Under the pieces are notes generated by a model. That model did no database searches. It saw only the letters and a program-made list of their open reading frames with translations, and was not told the origin of the DNA. This document shows, one piece after another, positions 42,779-53,833 of a stretch of 64,000 nucleotides of DNA. Positions within the stretch are counted from its first letter, which is position 1. Each line of letters opens with the position of its first letter. Origin of the DNA: Caecitellus pseudoparvulus (lineage: Eukaryota; Protista; Bigyra: Bicosoecida). Position numbers and translations under genes: made by a program. The stretch covers positions 77,782 to 141,781 of the forward strand of contig CBFFRQ010000092.1 of the NCBI GenBank assembly GCA_965644315.1, in the 5' to 3' direction.

Positions 42779-43305
42779 ATGGTGTGGGCACAAGATGTGT
42801 GGCACCTGCGGCTGTGCTCGGCGTTCGTCGGAGCGTGCGGTGCTTGTCAGCTGTGGCGTGAGGGGGCGTCTGCCTCGTCCCGGCGAGATCGCTGGCCCGC
42901 GGCACACAGCTCAGTACATATACCAACACCGTCAGAACACCATCTGCTCAAGTCCCAGTGCTGCTCATTCAGTGCCTTCCAGCAGGCTTCCACCTACCTT
43001 CGACACAGGTTCGTGAAGCGTGCGAAGCTGTGCGATGCAGTGCCGGCCGTTGGCACGCGTCATGCAGCCGCACACAGCCTTCGGCTGATGCTCCATCGCA
43101 GAATCGCCACCATGATCTACCTCGTCACGTCTCAGCTGTACGTGCAGTTCCTGCGCGCAAGCAGCAAGGGGTACGTCTTCGAAGAGTTTCAGCGTGAAAC
43201 GCAGGCTGCCGCACACGTCCGCCCCCCTCCCCCCGTCGACTCAGCCGCATCTCCTCCAAGGAGTTCGCGGAGATGCAGTTCGCAGCTGGCTCCCTGTCAG
43301 CGTGA
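42779..43305 (+). CDS. Putative small multi-exon gene of unknown function
   Basis: High-GC3 exon IATMIYLVTSQLYVQFLRASSKG bounded by a CAG acceptor (43101) and a GTACGT donor (43171); last exon RISSKEFAEMQFAAGSLSA-TGA. Start and 5' exons unresolved. Confidence 0.35.
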
Positions 43306-43433
43306 GCGGCCAGCGTGCAGGAGGAGGGCGCGCTGGCCGGTTGCTAAAGGAAGGGTGGCGTGCATGTTCTGTGGTTGCTGTCTGGCCACTCGCAATGCAT
43401 TCCCACACGCCCTCGCGTGTCAGTGCTGGCCAC

Positions 43434-46400
43434 TCACCGATGCACGCCAAACACCATGCCTGTGCGCGCCGAAAAGGCGTTGCCCTGACCACCCCACGCT
43501 GACCGGCTCTCGCCTGTGCGCTGTGTCGCTGGGTACCGTCCATACGGATCACGAGCCGAGTGCACGCGAATGCCAGGCACATGCCCTGCTGCGCCACTGC
43601 GTCCACCAGGGCCAGCGGAAGCGACACGGGCCCCTCGCACACCCGCCACGGCTGCTGCATGGGCCTCTGCCCACGCTGTGGCTCGTGGCGACACGGACCG
43701 CACACCAGACACAGTGGCGTGTGCGGGGTGTGCGGAGGCGGGGCGTGCAGACCGCGCCGCCTGTGCCTCCCGCATACGAGCCAGGGCCAGAGGCGGCACG
43801 ACAACGCCGCCCACGGCGCCAGCAGGCGTGCCGCCTGTCCCTGCGCCGCCGAAGCCGTACGCTGTGCCGCTAGGTGCCACCCCCCGATGGGTGCCTGCGA
43901 AGTACCTGCCTCGGATGGGGGGTGCAGTGTGGGAGGCAGGGGTGTTGCCAGAGGAGGTGGCACCTGGCTTGAGGCTCCAGACCTGGGTGCGCCGACCACG
44001 GTTGGGCGCCGCAGCAATGCGCGCTGAGGCAGCAGCAGTGGGGGGAGCTGCCACAGTGCTGGCCTTGGCGGTGGGCGGGTGGGAGGTGGGGTCCACACTG
44101 CCTGGTGCAGGCTTGCGCTGGTACGAGTACAGTGGCGCTGTCGGCGCGGCAGCGGCTGAGCCTGGGCGTGGTGACTTGGACCTGAAGCGGCGGGGGGCGG
44201 TGCTGGGGCGCACACCCCCACCCTGGCCATACCCGCTGCTCTGTACGTGGTCGTAATTCGCGCGGGGACCAGGTGCCTCACGGCCTGCGTACACCGCCGC
44301 CGCCGCCTGGCGCCGACTGGCGGACCGGGCAGATGATGGGCGCCCGCCGCCACTGCCTGAGCTGCCACTGCCCAGTGTGGAGTAGGGGCCAGCTGTGGCG
44401 GAGGGGGGTCGGGAGCGACCTCGCCGCGCACTGCCAGGTCGGCGTGAAGAGGTGGACCGACGCGCTTTGCGAGAGGCAGAGGCTGGGCGGCTGCGGCGGG
44501 CACTGGTGGGGCGGGGGCTGCGGCTGCGTGTGGTGGCACTGGTGCCGGTACTGATGGAGTCCTTGTCGTCACCCCCCCCTCCGTCGGGGTCCGAGGGGGC
44601 GTGGCGCCCCCGCCCAGCACCCCCCTCCTCTCGCTCGCCCGCGGAGGCGACAGGCAGGTCTGGGACAGGGGCAGGGGCTGTCTCAGGCACAGGAGAGGGA
44701 ACGGAGGGCGTGGCAGCGGCTGGTGCGGGGGCTGCCTCCTCCACCACCGCCTCCTCAGCGGCACTGGTTGGGCGGGGGCTGGTGGAGCGGGGACGAGGGG
44801 AGGTTCGTCCCTCGCCGGCGGAGCGCATGGAGGCCATGCGCACCGACACGGCCTCTGCCGCCAGCTCCGCGCCAGTTTTCGGGGGTGCTTCCCGCTGTGC
44901 GTTGCGGGGGTGTGACTCGATCTGCATGCCCGTCGACACACGCGACACGCCGAAGCCAGGCGCATCACCCTCCGCCGCCTCCTCAGGCGTCGCAGGCAGC
45001 TGCTCCACAGGCGAATCCAGGTCCACCACGTGCACTGGCCCGGCTCCACCCCGTGCCACAGCCAGCATGTCAGCTGCGCCACGGGCTGTGCCTGGGCGAT
45101 CGCGCCCCCCTCCCAGGCCGCCGTCACCCGGCCCACGCCGTGTGACGGGGCGTGCCGAGGCGGCAGCTGCTGTGGTCGACGGAGGCGACTGCCCCCCTTG
45201 CTCCCTGGACGCTGCCGCCGCACGGGCCTGCTGTGTGCTGTACGCGGACCCCGTGCCGCCGCTGGTGCGGCCCAGGCGCTCGCCAGTGCTGGAGGGAGAT
45301 GCCTCGCTGTCAGCTCCTGTGGCGGTGTGTGTGGTGATGGGATCAGGGGAGGTGGGCGCGTCCGTGCTATCCCTCGCGGCCGCTGTGGCAGTAGACGTGG
45401 CGGCTTCCTTGGCAGCGGCGGCGGCTGCCGCCTCCCTGGCTGTACGCAAGGCTCCCAGGGCTGTGGCGGGACGACGGGGGGCGACGCTGGAGCTGCGTGT
45501 GGTGGTCTTGTCGCCGCCACTGCTGTGGTCACGCTGGGCGGGGCCGGATGCTGGGCGGGAGGGGCGGGCAGAGGAGGCCCGTGTGGGCTTGGCTGCCTCA
45601 GGCGCCGTGGCTGAAGCAGGTTCCTCCCCGCTCAGCTCCTGGTCCGACGCAGGGTGGTGCAGCGTGGAGGCGGGGCGGGTGGAGGCCAGGGAGTCTGTGC
45701 CCGAGGTGCCACTGGCACGAGTGGAGGGCAGGGCGCTGGCTGGGCGTGCAGGGCGCGTGGTGCGTGGTGTGTCGTCTGAGGGGGGTGCAGCGGAGGCGGG
45801 GCGCTGTGCGGGCGTGGGGGTGGCGTCCGGTGTGGCAGAGAAGGGGCGGGTGGAGGTGAAGGCGGGGACAGGGGCGGAGCCCAGCTCCCCCTTGGCCTCC
45901 ATGCGCAGGGCCACGAGGTAGTAGGTGGTGGTGGCGTGGTTGTGGCTGGCCCGCTCCACGCTCTGCCGCAGTGTGCCCAGGTCGATGCCTAGGTCCGTCA
46001 CCCGGCGCACGACACGGTCGTCCAGCTGGTCCAGGGAGGCGGGGAAGGGCGTCACGCCAGGGGGGATGGTGGATACTTGCGAGTACCAGGCGTGGCGTCG
46101 GATGTCGCCGGCTGTGAAGCGGGCTTTGGGGTCCGTGTTCAGCATGCGGCTGATGAGGTCCTTGCACGGCGCTGAGAGCCAGGTGGGGAACGTGTACCGC
46201 GCGTGCAGGATCTTGTCGTACAGGGCGGAGGTGTTGGCGTCTTCAAAGGGCAGGTACCCCGCCACCATGGCGAACAGGACGACGCCCAGGCTCCACCAGT
46301 CCGACCGCGTGCCGTCGTACCGATAGCCCTTGATCATTTCCGGGGCGGCGTAGCACGGCGAGCCACACGCCGTCTTCAGCACCTTGCCGGGGTCCTGGAT

Positions 46401-47401
46401 GTTGGACAGCCCGAAGTCGATGACCTTGATGCGGTACCGCCCATCCTTCGTCCGGCGCATGAGCAGGTTCTCGGGCTTCAAGTCTCGGTGGATGACGCCG
46501 ACGGAGTGCAGGTAGTCCACGCCGTCCACGATGTCGTGGAACAACCGACATGCGTCCGCCTCTCGCAGACGGCGTTTGCGCACAATGTACTTGAACAGCT
46601 GCGGGGGGGGGGGGACGGCGCGAGGGGGGTGCAGGGGGGGCACGCGGCTGCAGGAAACGCTTGGCGCCGTCGCGGGCGACCCGCCCATCGCCCCACCCTT
46701 GTCGGGGCGTCCTGACACACACAGCGCACCAGCGCTGCTGAGTGACACGTCACAACGCACCTCTCCGCCATCTGTCAGTTCCATGACCAGGAAGATCTGC
46801 GGAAGGCGTCACGGGCGGCGGGGAGTGCCTGCACGCTGCCAACGCAAGTGGCAGAGGCACGGCCCGTTCGCACCTGTTTGGGGGCGTCGATGACCTCGAA
46901 CAGCTGAATGACGTTGTCGTGCCGCACTCGCTTGAGGATCTTGATCTCCCTGGAGACCCGCTTCACGTCAGCAATCTGCAGAGGCAGCGGGGAGCAGCGG
47001 GCTGTGTCGGGGCGGCCAACTGCACTGCGGCAGGCAGCGGCACTAGCCTCTCTGATTTTGTCCTTCTCCAGGATCTTCACGGCCACCTGCTCGTTCGTCA
47101 GGACGTGTGTGGCGATCTTCACCTTCCCGAACGTCCCCTGCCCCAGCGTGCTGCCCAGGACGTAGCTAGACAGCGGCCCAGACCGCTGCCGGCTTGGCGT
47201 TGTGCCGGCTGAGGCGCTGGCTGGCGCCGTGCTGGACGTGCCGCCTGTCGCGCCGCTGCTGACAGCGCCTGCTCGGGGAGTGCTGGAGCGCCCCCCGTAC
47301 ACAGCACTGGCTCGCATGGCAGAGGTGGGCCTGTGCCGTGCGCTGGCGGGGCGGCTGTGGCCCGCGGCGCTGCCTGGCCGGCTCGCGTACGTGCTCGACA
47401 T
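43434..47401 (-). CDS. AMPK/SNF1/MARK-related (CAMKL) Ser/Thr kinase with UBA-like segment and long Ser/Pro/Ala/Arg-rich tail
   Basis: LGQGTFGKVK, VAVKILEK, REIKILK...HDNVIQLFEVI, IFLVME...GGE|LF, IHRDLKPENLL, DFGLSN, KTACGSPCYAAPEMI, HNHATTTYYL. Three short introns in the kinase domain; 3' end may carry one more exon (GTGAGT donor at ~43437). Confidence 0.92.
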
Positions 47402-47562
47402 GCCGGGGTGGTCAGGGACCGGTCATGAATTGGGCAGTGTGCTGCACAGCGCTCACCTGTAGGACATGCGTGCACGGGGCAAGGCTGCGCTTGCCACTGC
47501 TCTCCCGCTGCACTTGGGTGGCGGTTTTGATTTGTGCTGCGCTGCGCGATGTGGCGGCACCC

Positions 47563-48306
47563 TCACTCCTCCGCCGACTCCAACTGCTCCGCCTTGGACT
47601 GCAGCGGCGCCAGCAGCTCTTGCAGCTGCGGCACAGCATCCAACATGAGTCCGACATTGGCGTCTTCCTCCCCCACCAGGCACAGGATGACGGGGTACAG
47701 CGCTGCCTGCACCACCGCCATGCCGTCCAGAAACGTCACGACGCTGCGGGCCTTGCCGAACTGCAACTTCTCAGCCTGGGTCGCACAAGGCAGGGGCAAG
47801 CGTGCAGGCGGGCGCGCCCGGCACAGGTCTGGCAGCACCTCGCACCTTGCTGGCACACAGCGCAAACACCGACGCCATCAGCGTCTCCACACCCTCCATC
47901 TCAGTCTTGGGCGCGTCCTTCGTCGTGACTGCAGGGCGGGCAGGGAGGGAAATGTGTGGACATGCAGCTCCTGGGCTGGTCACTGCGCCCTCTGTGCCGC
48001 ACCTTTCAAGACAGACAGTCCGTACGGGTTGGACACTGCGATGCCCAGCAAGCCAGGCGTGCTGCGCAGGGGGGGCGTGGGGTGGCGCATGCAGGTGCGT
48101 GGCGCAGGCCTGGTGAGGGACAAGGGACAACGCACCGCTCCATGACTTGTGCGAGGCTGGAAGTGATGGTCTTGTCCTGTGCTTTGGGGAGAGGGCGGCG
48201 TGGTGCAGGGCCTTGGCCACGCCGCACCACGACAGCGCTGGCGCACCAGATCGCGGGGGGCTGTGAGCTCCTTCGTGCCAGAGGCACTCTGCGGTAAAGC
48301 TGCCAT
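47563..48306 (-). CDS. LAMTOR3: Ragulator complex subunit LAMTOR3 (MP1), 5 exons
   Basis: Spliced product PGLLGIAVSNPYGLSVLK...LMASVFALCASK|AEKLQFGKARSVVTFLDGMAVVQAALYPVILCLVGEEDANVGLMLDAVPQL resembles LAMTOR3 GLHAIVVSDRDGVPVIK...FALATDQGSKLGLSKNKSII...ANTGLI. Confidence 0.8.
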
Positions 48307-48647
48307 GGTGCTGGTGCGGTGGGTGGCTTCCCTGGGCACGGCCACGCGCGGAGGTCTCGGAGTGCGCGCCGAAGCAACACCGCGCCGAGGCTTGCGGAAA
48401 TCGGCGTCTTCAGGGCAGGGTGCAGGGCGTTTGGGCGTGACGTGCAGGCATGCGACGTGGTGAGTCAATTTTGTACATTCTTATACTGGGTGAGAGTACG
48501 CAGTGGATGTGGAACACCCTGCTGCGCCCCTTGAGCACGCCCTCCGTTGCACTCACGCGCGTACAGACCACGTTTATGGGCGCTGGGGCCGGCAGGCGGC
48601 ACTGGTAGGGCGAGAAACGCCGCCGTGCACGCAGCGCCCCTGGCGGC

Positions 48648-49345
48648 ATGGCGACACCACGCAGCCTGTCAGTGGCCAATGACGGCGAAGAAGGTGTCAA
48701 CTTTGCCCCTCAGCCCTGCTGGCTGCGGACGGCGTGCTGTGGGTCTGTTGTGCGCCTGCCTCTCGCCCTCTCCGTCGTGACAGGGGCTCTGCTGAGTGTC
48801 ATTTTGGCGACGCACTTCCACACGTCGGCTGACGAGCACCAGGAGACGCTGTCGGAGATTTTCAACTCGGATGCCCGCATCATGGTGTGGGTGCTGTCCC
48901 TGGCCCTCTCCATCTCCATCACCCTCCTGGGCGCTGCGCGCCTGTGGCGTCACTGGATGCCGCACTTCTGGCACTGTTTCCGCAGGCCGGCGCCCGTCCC
49001 GCCCTCGCCCTTCTTCAACTGGCTGCAGGGCAGGGTGCGGGAAACCAACGCAGCGGCATTTCTAGCAGACATGCTCGCCTGCTGCTGGCTCATCATGGGC
49101 TGCATCTCCGCCACGGGCAGCGTCGTGGCGCTTGTCCTTCGCCCACGGTCCCTTCCCGAAGCCACGCTGCACCGTGCGCTGTTTGGGCTCATCCCCAGCA
49201 CCATCATGATCCCCTTCGGCCTGCTGTTCGTGGACATGCTGGATTCATACGCGAACCGGCACATGCAAGGTGGCAAACCCCTCGTCATCGAACGCTACGT
49301 CCCACGGCGCGTCATCGACGGCTGCCGGCACTGGGGGGTCTTTGT
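48648..49345 (+). CDS. 5' half (multi-TM sensor region) of a hybrid histidine kinase interrupted by a transposon
   Basis: Several hydrophobic helices. Frame ...RHWGVFV joins ASYLVSRTVEV at 53837 when the element and one TSD are removed. Confidence 0.85.
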
Positions 49346-49371
49346 GGGTGCCTACCATAGCCTGATTTCGC
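49346..49371 (+). repeat. Left terminal inverted repeat (26 bp)
   Basis: Exact reverse complement of 53808-53833. Confidence 0.97.
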
Positions 49372-49753
49372 AAGGGGTCCAGATTGTGTGATGCCTGGGA
49401 TCATTTTGTTGAGAGCGCGCGGGGTATTTGGGTGTGTGTGACTGAAAGGGTCATCACCAACTATAGTCTGGCAAAAATGTATCTTATCTGAGGAACACGT
49501 CTATGAGCTTCGCTTAGCAATTTGAGCTTGCCCAATCACCACCACAGCATAAAATCGATTCATCAGGTTTTCTCACGTCGCTGTCATAATTTTCCAGCGC
49601 GACTATGTGTACTTGGGTACTCTTGTGCTACCACTGAAAAATAATTCGTCGGTTCCCTGAAATTGTGCCACACCTGGCTTCAAAAGTTCGTCCGCCGTTG
49701 GCGTTTCATGTTGCTTTGAAGTCCGCACCAAATGCGCATGCCCCACCGTTTCA

Positions 49754-51208
49754 GTGAGCTTTAAACCAAAGGATACTGCTAACGTGATTGCGGGGCTTGT
49801 GTTTATGGTACGTAGCATGTATTTGGATGGACTGACGCGCGTGTGTAGTCATTTGGTCTTTGACGTGGCGTTTCGCTTTTTGCAGGCTGCACACAAGTTC
49901 CTTTTACGGCAGATCAACGCGCCAGGAGGGGACACAACGCTTACCCCGTCAATGTCAAGTGACTCGTCCTCTCCGTTTCAACATTTGCTGAACTGTGCGT
50001 TGCCTGATTTGGCTCAGACAGCGGCTGAGGCTGATGCAGGGCCAATACGGACGGTGTGCATACCGAAGGCACAGGATATGGGTTTGTATCCGCCATGGCA
50101 AGCTTTGGATGCCGTTGGTGCAACAGGCGTGGCAAGGTGCTCCTTACCACAAAGCCATGAACTTGACGTGGCCCTTACAGAAGGGCTACTGAGGCTACCC
50201 GAGCGCAACGTCGCTCTGTACTTGCGCAACCAAGCCCGGACAACATCAAGCATGAAGAAGTGTGCCGAACGCCTACAGCGTGTCCAACGGCACATTTTCG
50301 ACAGGCTGAGTGAAGGGGAGCGCGGACAGCTTCTTCGACCTGTTCCGCAAGCAGTCACACTGCGAGCAGTCTTGGAAGTGCTGTACCCCAACCCTGCATC
50401 CGGTGCCAGTGTTGGCTCTGTAGTACTCCCCCCAGAAGAGTTCATGGGTGATATCGGTATCCTCTGCCAAAGCAACATGCCCATGATGATTAAAGCTTGG
50501 GCAGTTGGGCTATACACTGACCTGCACCAGCAGGTCAAGGGCATGGCAGTCAGCCGTGGTAAGTATCGCTCGTCCAGAAGCTACACAGCAGGTGAGACAG
50601 GGCTGTCAGACACGGGCCTTTTGCCTGAGGCTCATGTCCATGCACGTCAGGCTACTGACTCGATCCTGCTGGGTGGTGTGGTGCCGGCTAGCATATCTGG
50701 AGCTTCGGCAGCGACCGTGAGGGACAGCTCTGCCGTCGGCGGTTCTGAACTCAGCGTTGATGCTTCAACAGACTCTTTCCTCAGCCCAAGCAGTAGCGGA
50801 AGCCAGACTGCGAGGAGAACGAAACGTTCACTCGAAGTGGGTTCCAATGTAGCAGCTGCATTCGAGCAGCAGCAACAGATGCACTCAGCGCAGAGGCAGA
50901 AGGCGAGAAGGCGGCGGGAAGGAACGGTCTCAGCTCCTGAATCTTCTTCTGGCAGTGGCACCCCCACTACGGGATCGGATGTGCGCGCAGCCACACATGC
51001 TGCACAAAGGGCTCAAGAGCTAGCTGGGGTCGCTAGCTATGCAGTAAGAGTTGCTGATTCAATTGAAATGGCTGTGGATGCCGTCAAGGAGCACGATGCG
51101 CGACTGTCGCAGATGGAAGCGACTCAAGCAACCATGGCGATGGATATCGGGGGAATGAAGTCTACCTTGAGTGAGATACTGGCTGAAATGCGTCGCATGA
51201 AAGGTTAA
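49754..51208 (+). CDS. Transposon accessory ORF of unknown function (C-terminal coiled coil; probably spliced, true start upstream)
   Basis: 484-codon ORF inside the TIRs; probable intron GTACGT(49808)...TTGCAG(49885). No Myb/SANT or YqaJ motif recognised. Confidence 0.65.
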   Translation: MSFKPKDTANVIAGLVFMVRSMYLDGLTRVCSHLVFDVAFRFLQAAHKFLLRQINAPGGDTTLTPSMSSDSSSPFQHLLNCALPDLAQTAAEADAGPIRTVCIPKAQDMGLYPPWQALDAVGATGVARCSLPQSHELDVALTEGLLRLPERNVALYLRNQARTTSSMKKCAERLQRVQRHIFDRLSEGERGQLLRPVPQAVTLRAVLEVLYPNPASGASVGSVVLPPEEFMGDIGILCQSNMPMMIKAWAVGLYTDLHQQVKGMAVSRGKYRSSRSYTAGETGLSDTGLLPEAHVHARQATDSILLGGVVPASISGASAATVRDSSAVGGSELSVDASTDSFLSPSSSGSQTARRTKRSLEVGSNVAAAFEQQQQMHSAQRQKARRRREGTVSAPESSSGSGTPTTGSDVRAATHAAQRAQELAGVASYAVRVADSIEMAVDAVKEHDARLSQMEATQATMAMDIGGMKSTLSEILAEMRRMKG

Positions 51209-53379
51209 ATGCATTGCTCCGCAGCACTGAGCTGAGCCTGCCAAGCACCACTCTTCCGCGCTTCTTGCCATTCAATGGCTGAGGCAATCAGCGGGCACTC
51301 TGCCTCAAGCTCACCTTGCACATCGTGTAGTCGCACAGGTTCTGTCTTTCGTCTGAGGGCGGCAAGGTCAGCTTGTGTCGCCAGTTCAGTGCTCAGGACT
51401 GCACCATCTTCGTTCATCTCAGGTTGCCCGTCAGGGTCAAACCAATGTGCAACCCACACCTCGCCAGATTGCTGCTCCATGAGGCAGTATCCCACGCCAA
51501 CCGTTCCGTCTGTTCCCCATTCCTCAATGCCCGTGCGTCGAATATCCCCGTGCTCTACGGGAAGGCGCTCATTTCTTCTGCTGGACCTGCGTGGACCTGG
51601 TACACTATCTGGTTCAGCCGTCAGCACCGATGCAGCTACTGTGTTGGGTACTGCCACTTCAGCAACAAAACCGCTACTGTGGCCGTGTCTCTGAACCTGA
51701 ACACTACCACCAGAGCCCTCTACACGGCCCCCTTTCTCTCTCACTGCAGCGACTCCCCCCTGAACGATCTCGTCGATAGCAGAGGCATCCACATCAAGCA
51801 GTACCTGCAATGCTCTCAAGAAGTATGCTGCACAATCTGCAATTGTTGTGTTTGGGTGTGGGTATTGTCCAAGACGTGGCACGACCAACTTTGCGTACAG
51901 TTGCTGCCTAAGTGCCCTGCACCTTCGAACTTTTCGCTTTGCAGGGTCGGTTTCGTACTTTGCCTCGCTTTGCACAAGGCCAGTTGCAGGATCAACCAAA
52001 GCTTTGCGAACCAGGGCTGCGAGTCTATGTGGCCCCACACACGTAGTTTTGATCAGAAAGAAGGTCCGTGAACGCAGACGAGTTCCTTCGACAGCCATTC
52101 TGAACGCCACAAACCCAACTACGCAGTGCACGTAGGCGTCGAGCAGAGTGTCGGCGCGCAAGTAGAAAGGCGCACACGGCCGCTGATTGCTGAATGACAA
52201 GTTAAATGACTTGACGACACCAATGAAGTGTTCCACAACGAGGCGCAAGCCCGACATCCAGGAGTCTGTGAGGTCATGCACGAAGAGCAGCGCTGCGGTT
52301 GCACGCATCTGAGTGGACGGGGCTTCCAACTCCGTGGCGAGGTCAGACTCGAGTCGAGCAGAAGCTGCTTTGGCCAACTGCATCTCATGTGATGGGCGAG
52401 CAGTTGCCCTGATGAAACCTGAGTCACTGGCGTACAATGCGTCCCCCAGGAGGATGTCACCGTCATGCAGTACCCCGGTGTCGACAAGCTCTTGGACAAG
52501 CAGGGCAGCGTTCGCCTGCTCACTCTGTGACCCTCGGCCTGCCAGTCTTATCCCCAATGGCATGCCATCCAAGCGAACAACAACCACATACTCAATCCCT
52601 TCGTGCTTGTGGTGGCTGTTGTAAAACTGCATGTTGTCGCCATGGATGCGCACAGTCATGCCGTCTACGGCGCCTACAACCTGCCCAAGGGTTCCACTAT
52701 ATGCCAGCCTGCCGGCCTCACGGACAGAGGGGGGAACCTCACAGCGCAAGTAGCGCATGACATACTCAGAAACATGGGGAAGCCATGCTCTTGTCCAACG
52801 GCCGATAGACATCTCACTGCAGCACAGCAATGCAGCAGCCACGCGAGCTGTCACACCCCTCACTCGCATGAAGGCCGCCAGGAGACGCGTCCGTGGGCTG
52901 TATGTTACATCTACGGAGAGCAGCTGCTTGCAGGCGACTGGGTCATCTTGGACCGAGCATAGGACGGCTGCCATCAGCGTCCGCGCAGCGTCACAGCCCA
53001 AGCCAGTATATGAGCGACAATCACGTTCGGAGGCGAGAAGACGCTCGGCACAGGCATCACTGACATCTGGAAGTACAGGGCGTTTGGGCTTGCGTTGGTC
53101 TAGAGGTACACCTGACGCTTGGTGGCGTTGAACCCTGCGAAGAAGCCCTGAGTCGCGCATGATGTCCTCGTGTGCCTTCAGCAATGACCCTTGAAGGCCT
53201 AGGATGGCTTCAATACCACCTTTCATCACAGACAAGAGCTTCTGTAGAGTATGAGCAGAAGAGGTCTCACTCGAAGGAGACCGTGGGCGTTTGGTTCCAC
53301 GCCGCCCTGCCAGCGTTTCGCTTGCGTTGGTACTTCTCGCTTCAGGCGCTGCATGTTCAATTTCATCACTGATCTGCAA
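51205..53379 (-). CDS. DDE transposase (HTH_Tnp_4 + DDE_Tnp_4 type) with a long C-terminal extension
   Basis: RSYTGL; PRTRLLAAFMRVR...AALLCCSEMSIGRW (HTH); VVGAVDGMTVRI, FYNSHHKHEG, GRGSQSE, GDILLGDALY, SGLRLVVEHFIGVVKSF (D-D-E intact). Confidence 0.9.
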   Translation of the reverse strand: MQISDEIEHAAPEARSTNASETLAGRRGTKRPRSPSSETSSAHTLQKLLSVMKGGIEAILGLQGSLLKAHEDIMRDSGLLRRVQRHQASGVPLDQRKPKRPVLPDVSDACAERLLASERDCRSYTGLGCDAARTLMAAVLCSVQDDPVACKQLLSVDVTYSPRTRLLAAFMRVRGVTARVAAALLCCSEMSIGRWTRAWLPHVSEYVMRYLRCEVPPSVREAGRLAYSGTLGQVVGAVDGMTVRIHGDNMQFYNSHHKHEGIEYVVVVRLDGMPLGIRLAGRGSQSEQANAALLVQELVDTGVLHDGDILLGDALYASDSGFIRATARPSHEMQLAKAASARLESDLATELEAPSTQMRATAALLFVHDLTDSWMSGLRLVVEHFIGVVKSFNLSFSNQRPCAPFYLRADTLLDAYVHCVVGFVAFRMAVEGTRLRSRTFFLIKTTCVGPHRLAALVRKALVDPATGLVQSEAKYETDPAKRKVRRCRALRQQLYAKLVVPRLGQYPHPNTTIADCAAYFLRALQVLLDVDASAIDEIVQGGVAAVREKGGRVEGSGGSVQVQRHGHSSGFVAEVAVPNTVAASVLTAEPDSVPGPRRSSRRNERLPVEHGDIRRTGIEEWGTDGTVGVGYCLMEQQSGEVWVAHWFDPDGQPEMNEDGAVLSTELATQADLAALRRKTEPVRLHDVQGELEAECPLIASAIEWQEARKSGAWQAQLSAAEQCI

Positions 53380-53807
53380 TGAAATCGGACAGAGAAGAGA
53401 ATTGTTCGTCGACTGCCACTATTGATGTCGAGAATTACTCTGCGCTTGTCTCGTTTTGGGTGCCTCAAAGAGGCACTGGCGTTTCACACGTACCTGCAAA
53501 CGGACGCCCGTAGCACCACCTGGAGCAGCCATGAAGCCCTGACAGTCCACGACTAATGGTATTGTACAATGTAGAATACAAGCTGTGACTGCTGTATCAT
53601 GAAGGTGCGTCTAGCAAGACCAGAGTCCCGCACAGCGTTGCTCAGGGTAGCCAGCTATGGAGCGTCTAACGGACGACAAAAAGTGTGAAAATGCATTGTT
53701 GTATGGGGTGAAAATTTTGTGACGAGGCTGAAATTGTGCGCCGGGTCACGAATGACCGCCGATCAAAAAGTCGATCACAGCCCAAATCAGCACTTTCCAA
53801 ACAGGTG

Positions 53808-53833
53808 GCGAAATCAGGCTATGGTAGGCACCC
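53808..53833 (-). repeat. Right terminal inverted repeat (26 bp)
   Basis: GCGAAATCAGGCTATGGTAGGCACCC, followed by the TSD TTTGT. Confidence 0.97.

Larger units (their letters stand above)
49346..53833. mobile_element. 4,488-bp autonomous DNA transposon, PIF/Harbinger-ISL2EU (IS5-related) group, two convergent ORFs
   Basis: Perfect 26-bp TIRs GGGTGCCTACCATAGCCTGATTTCGC (49346-49371 and 53808-53833); direct repeat TTTGT at 49341-49345 and 53834-53838; visibly lower GC than host; DDE transposase inside. Confidence 0.95.
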
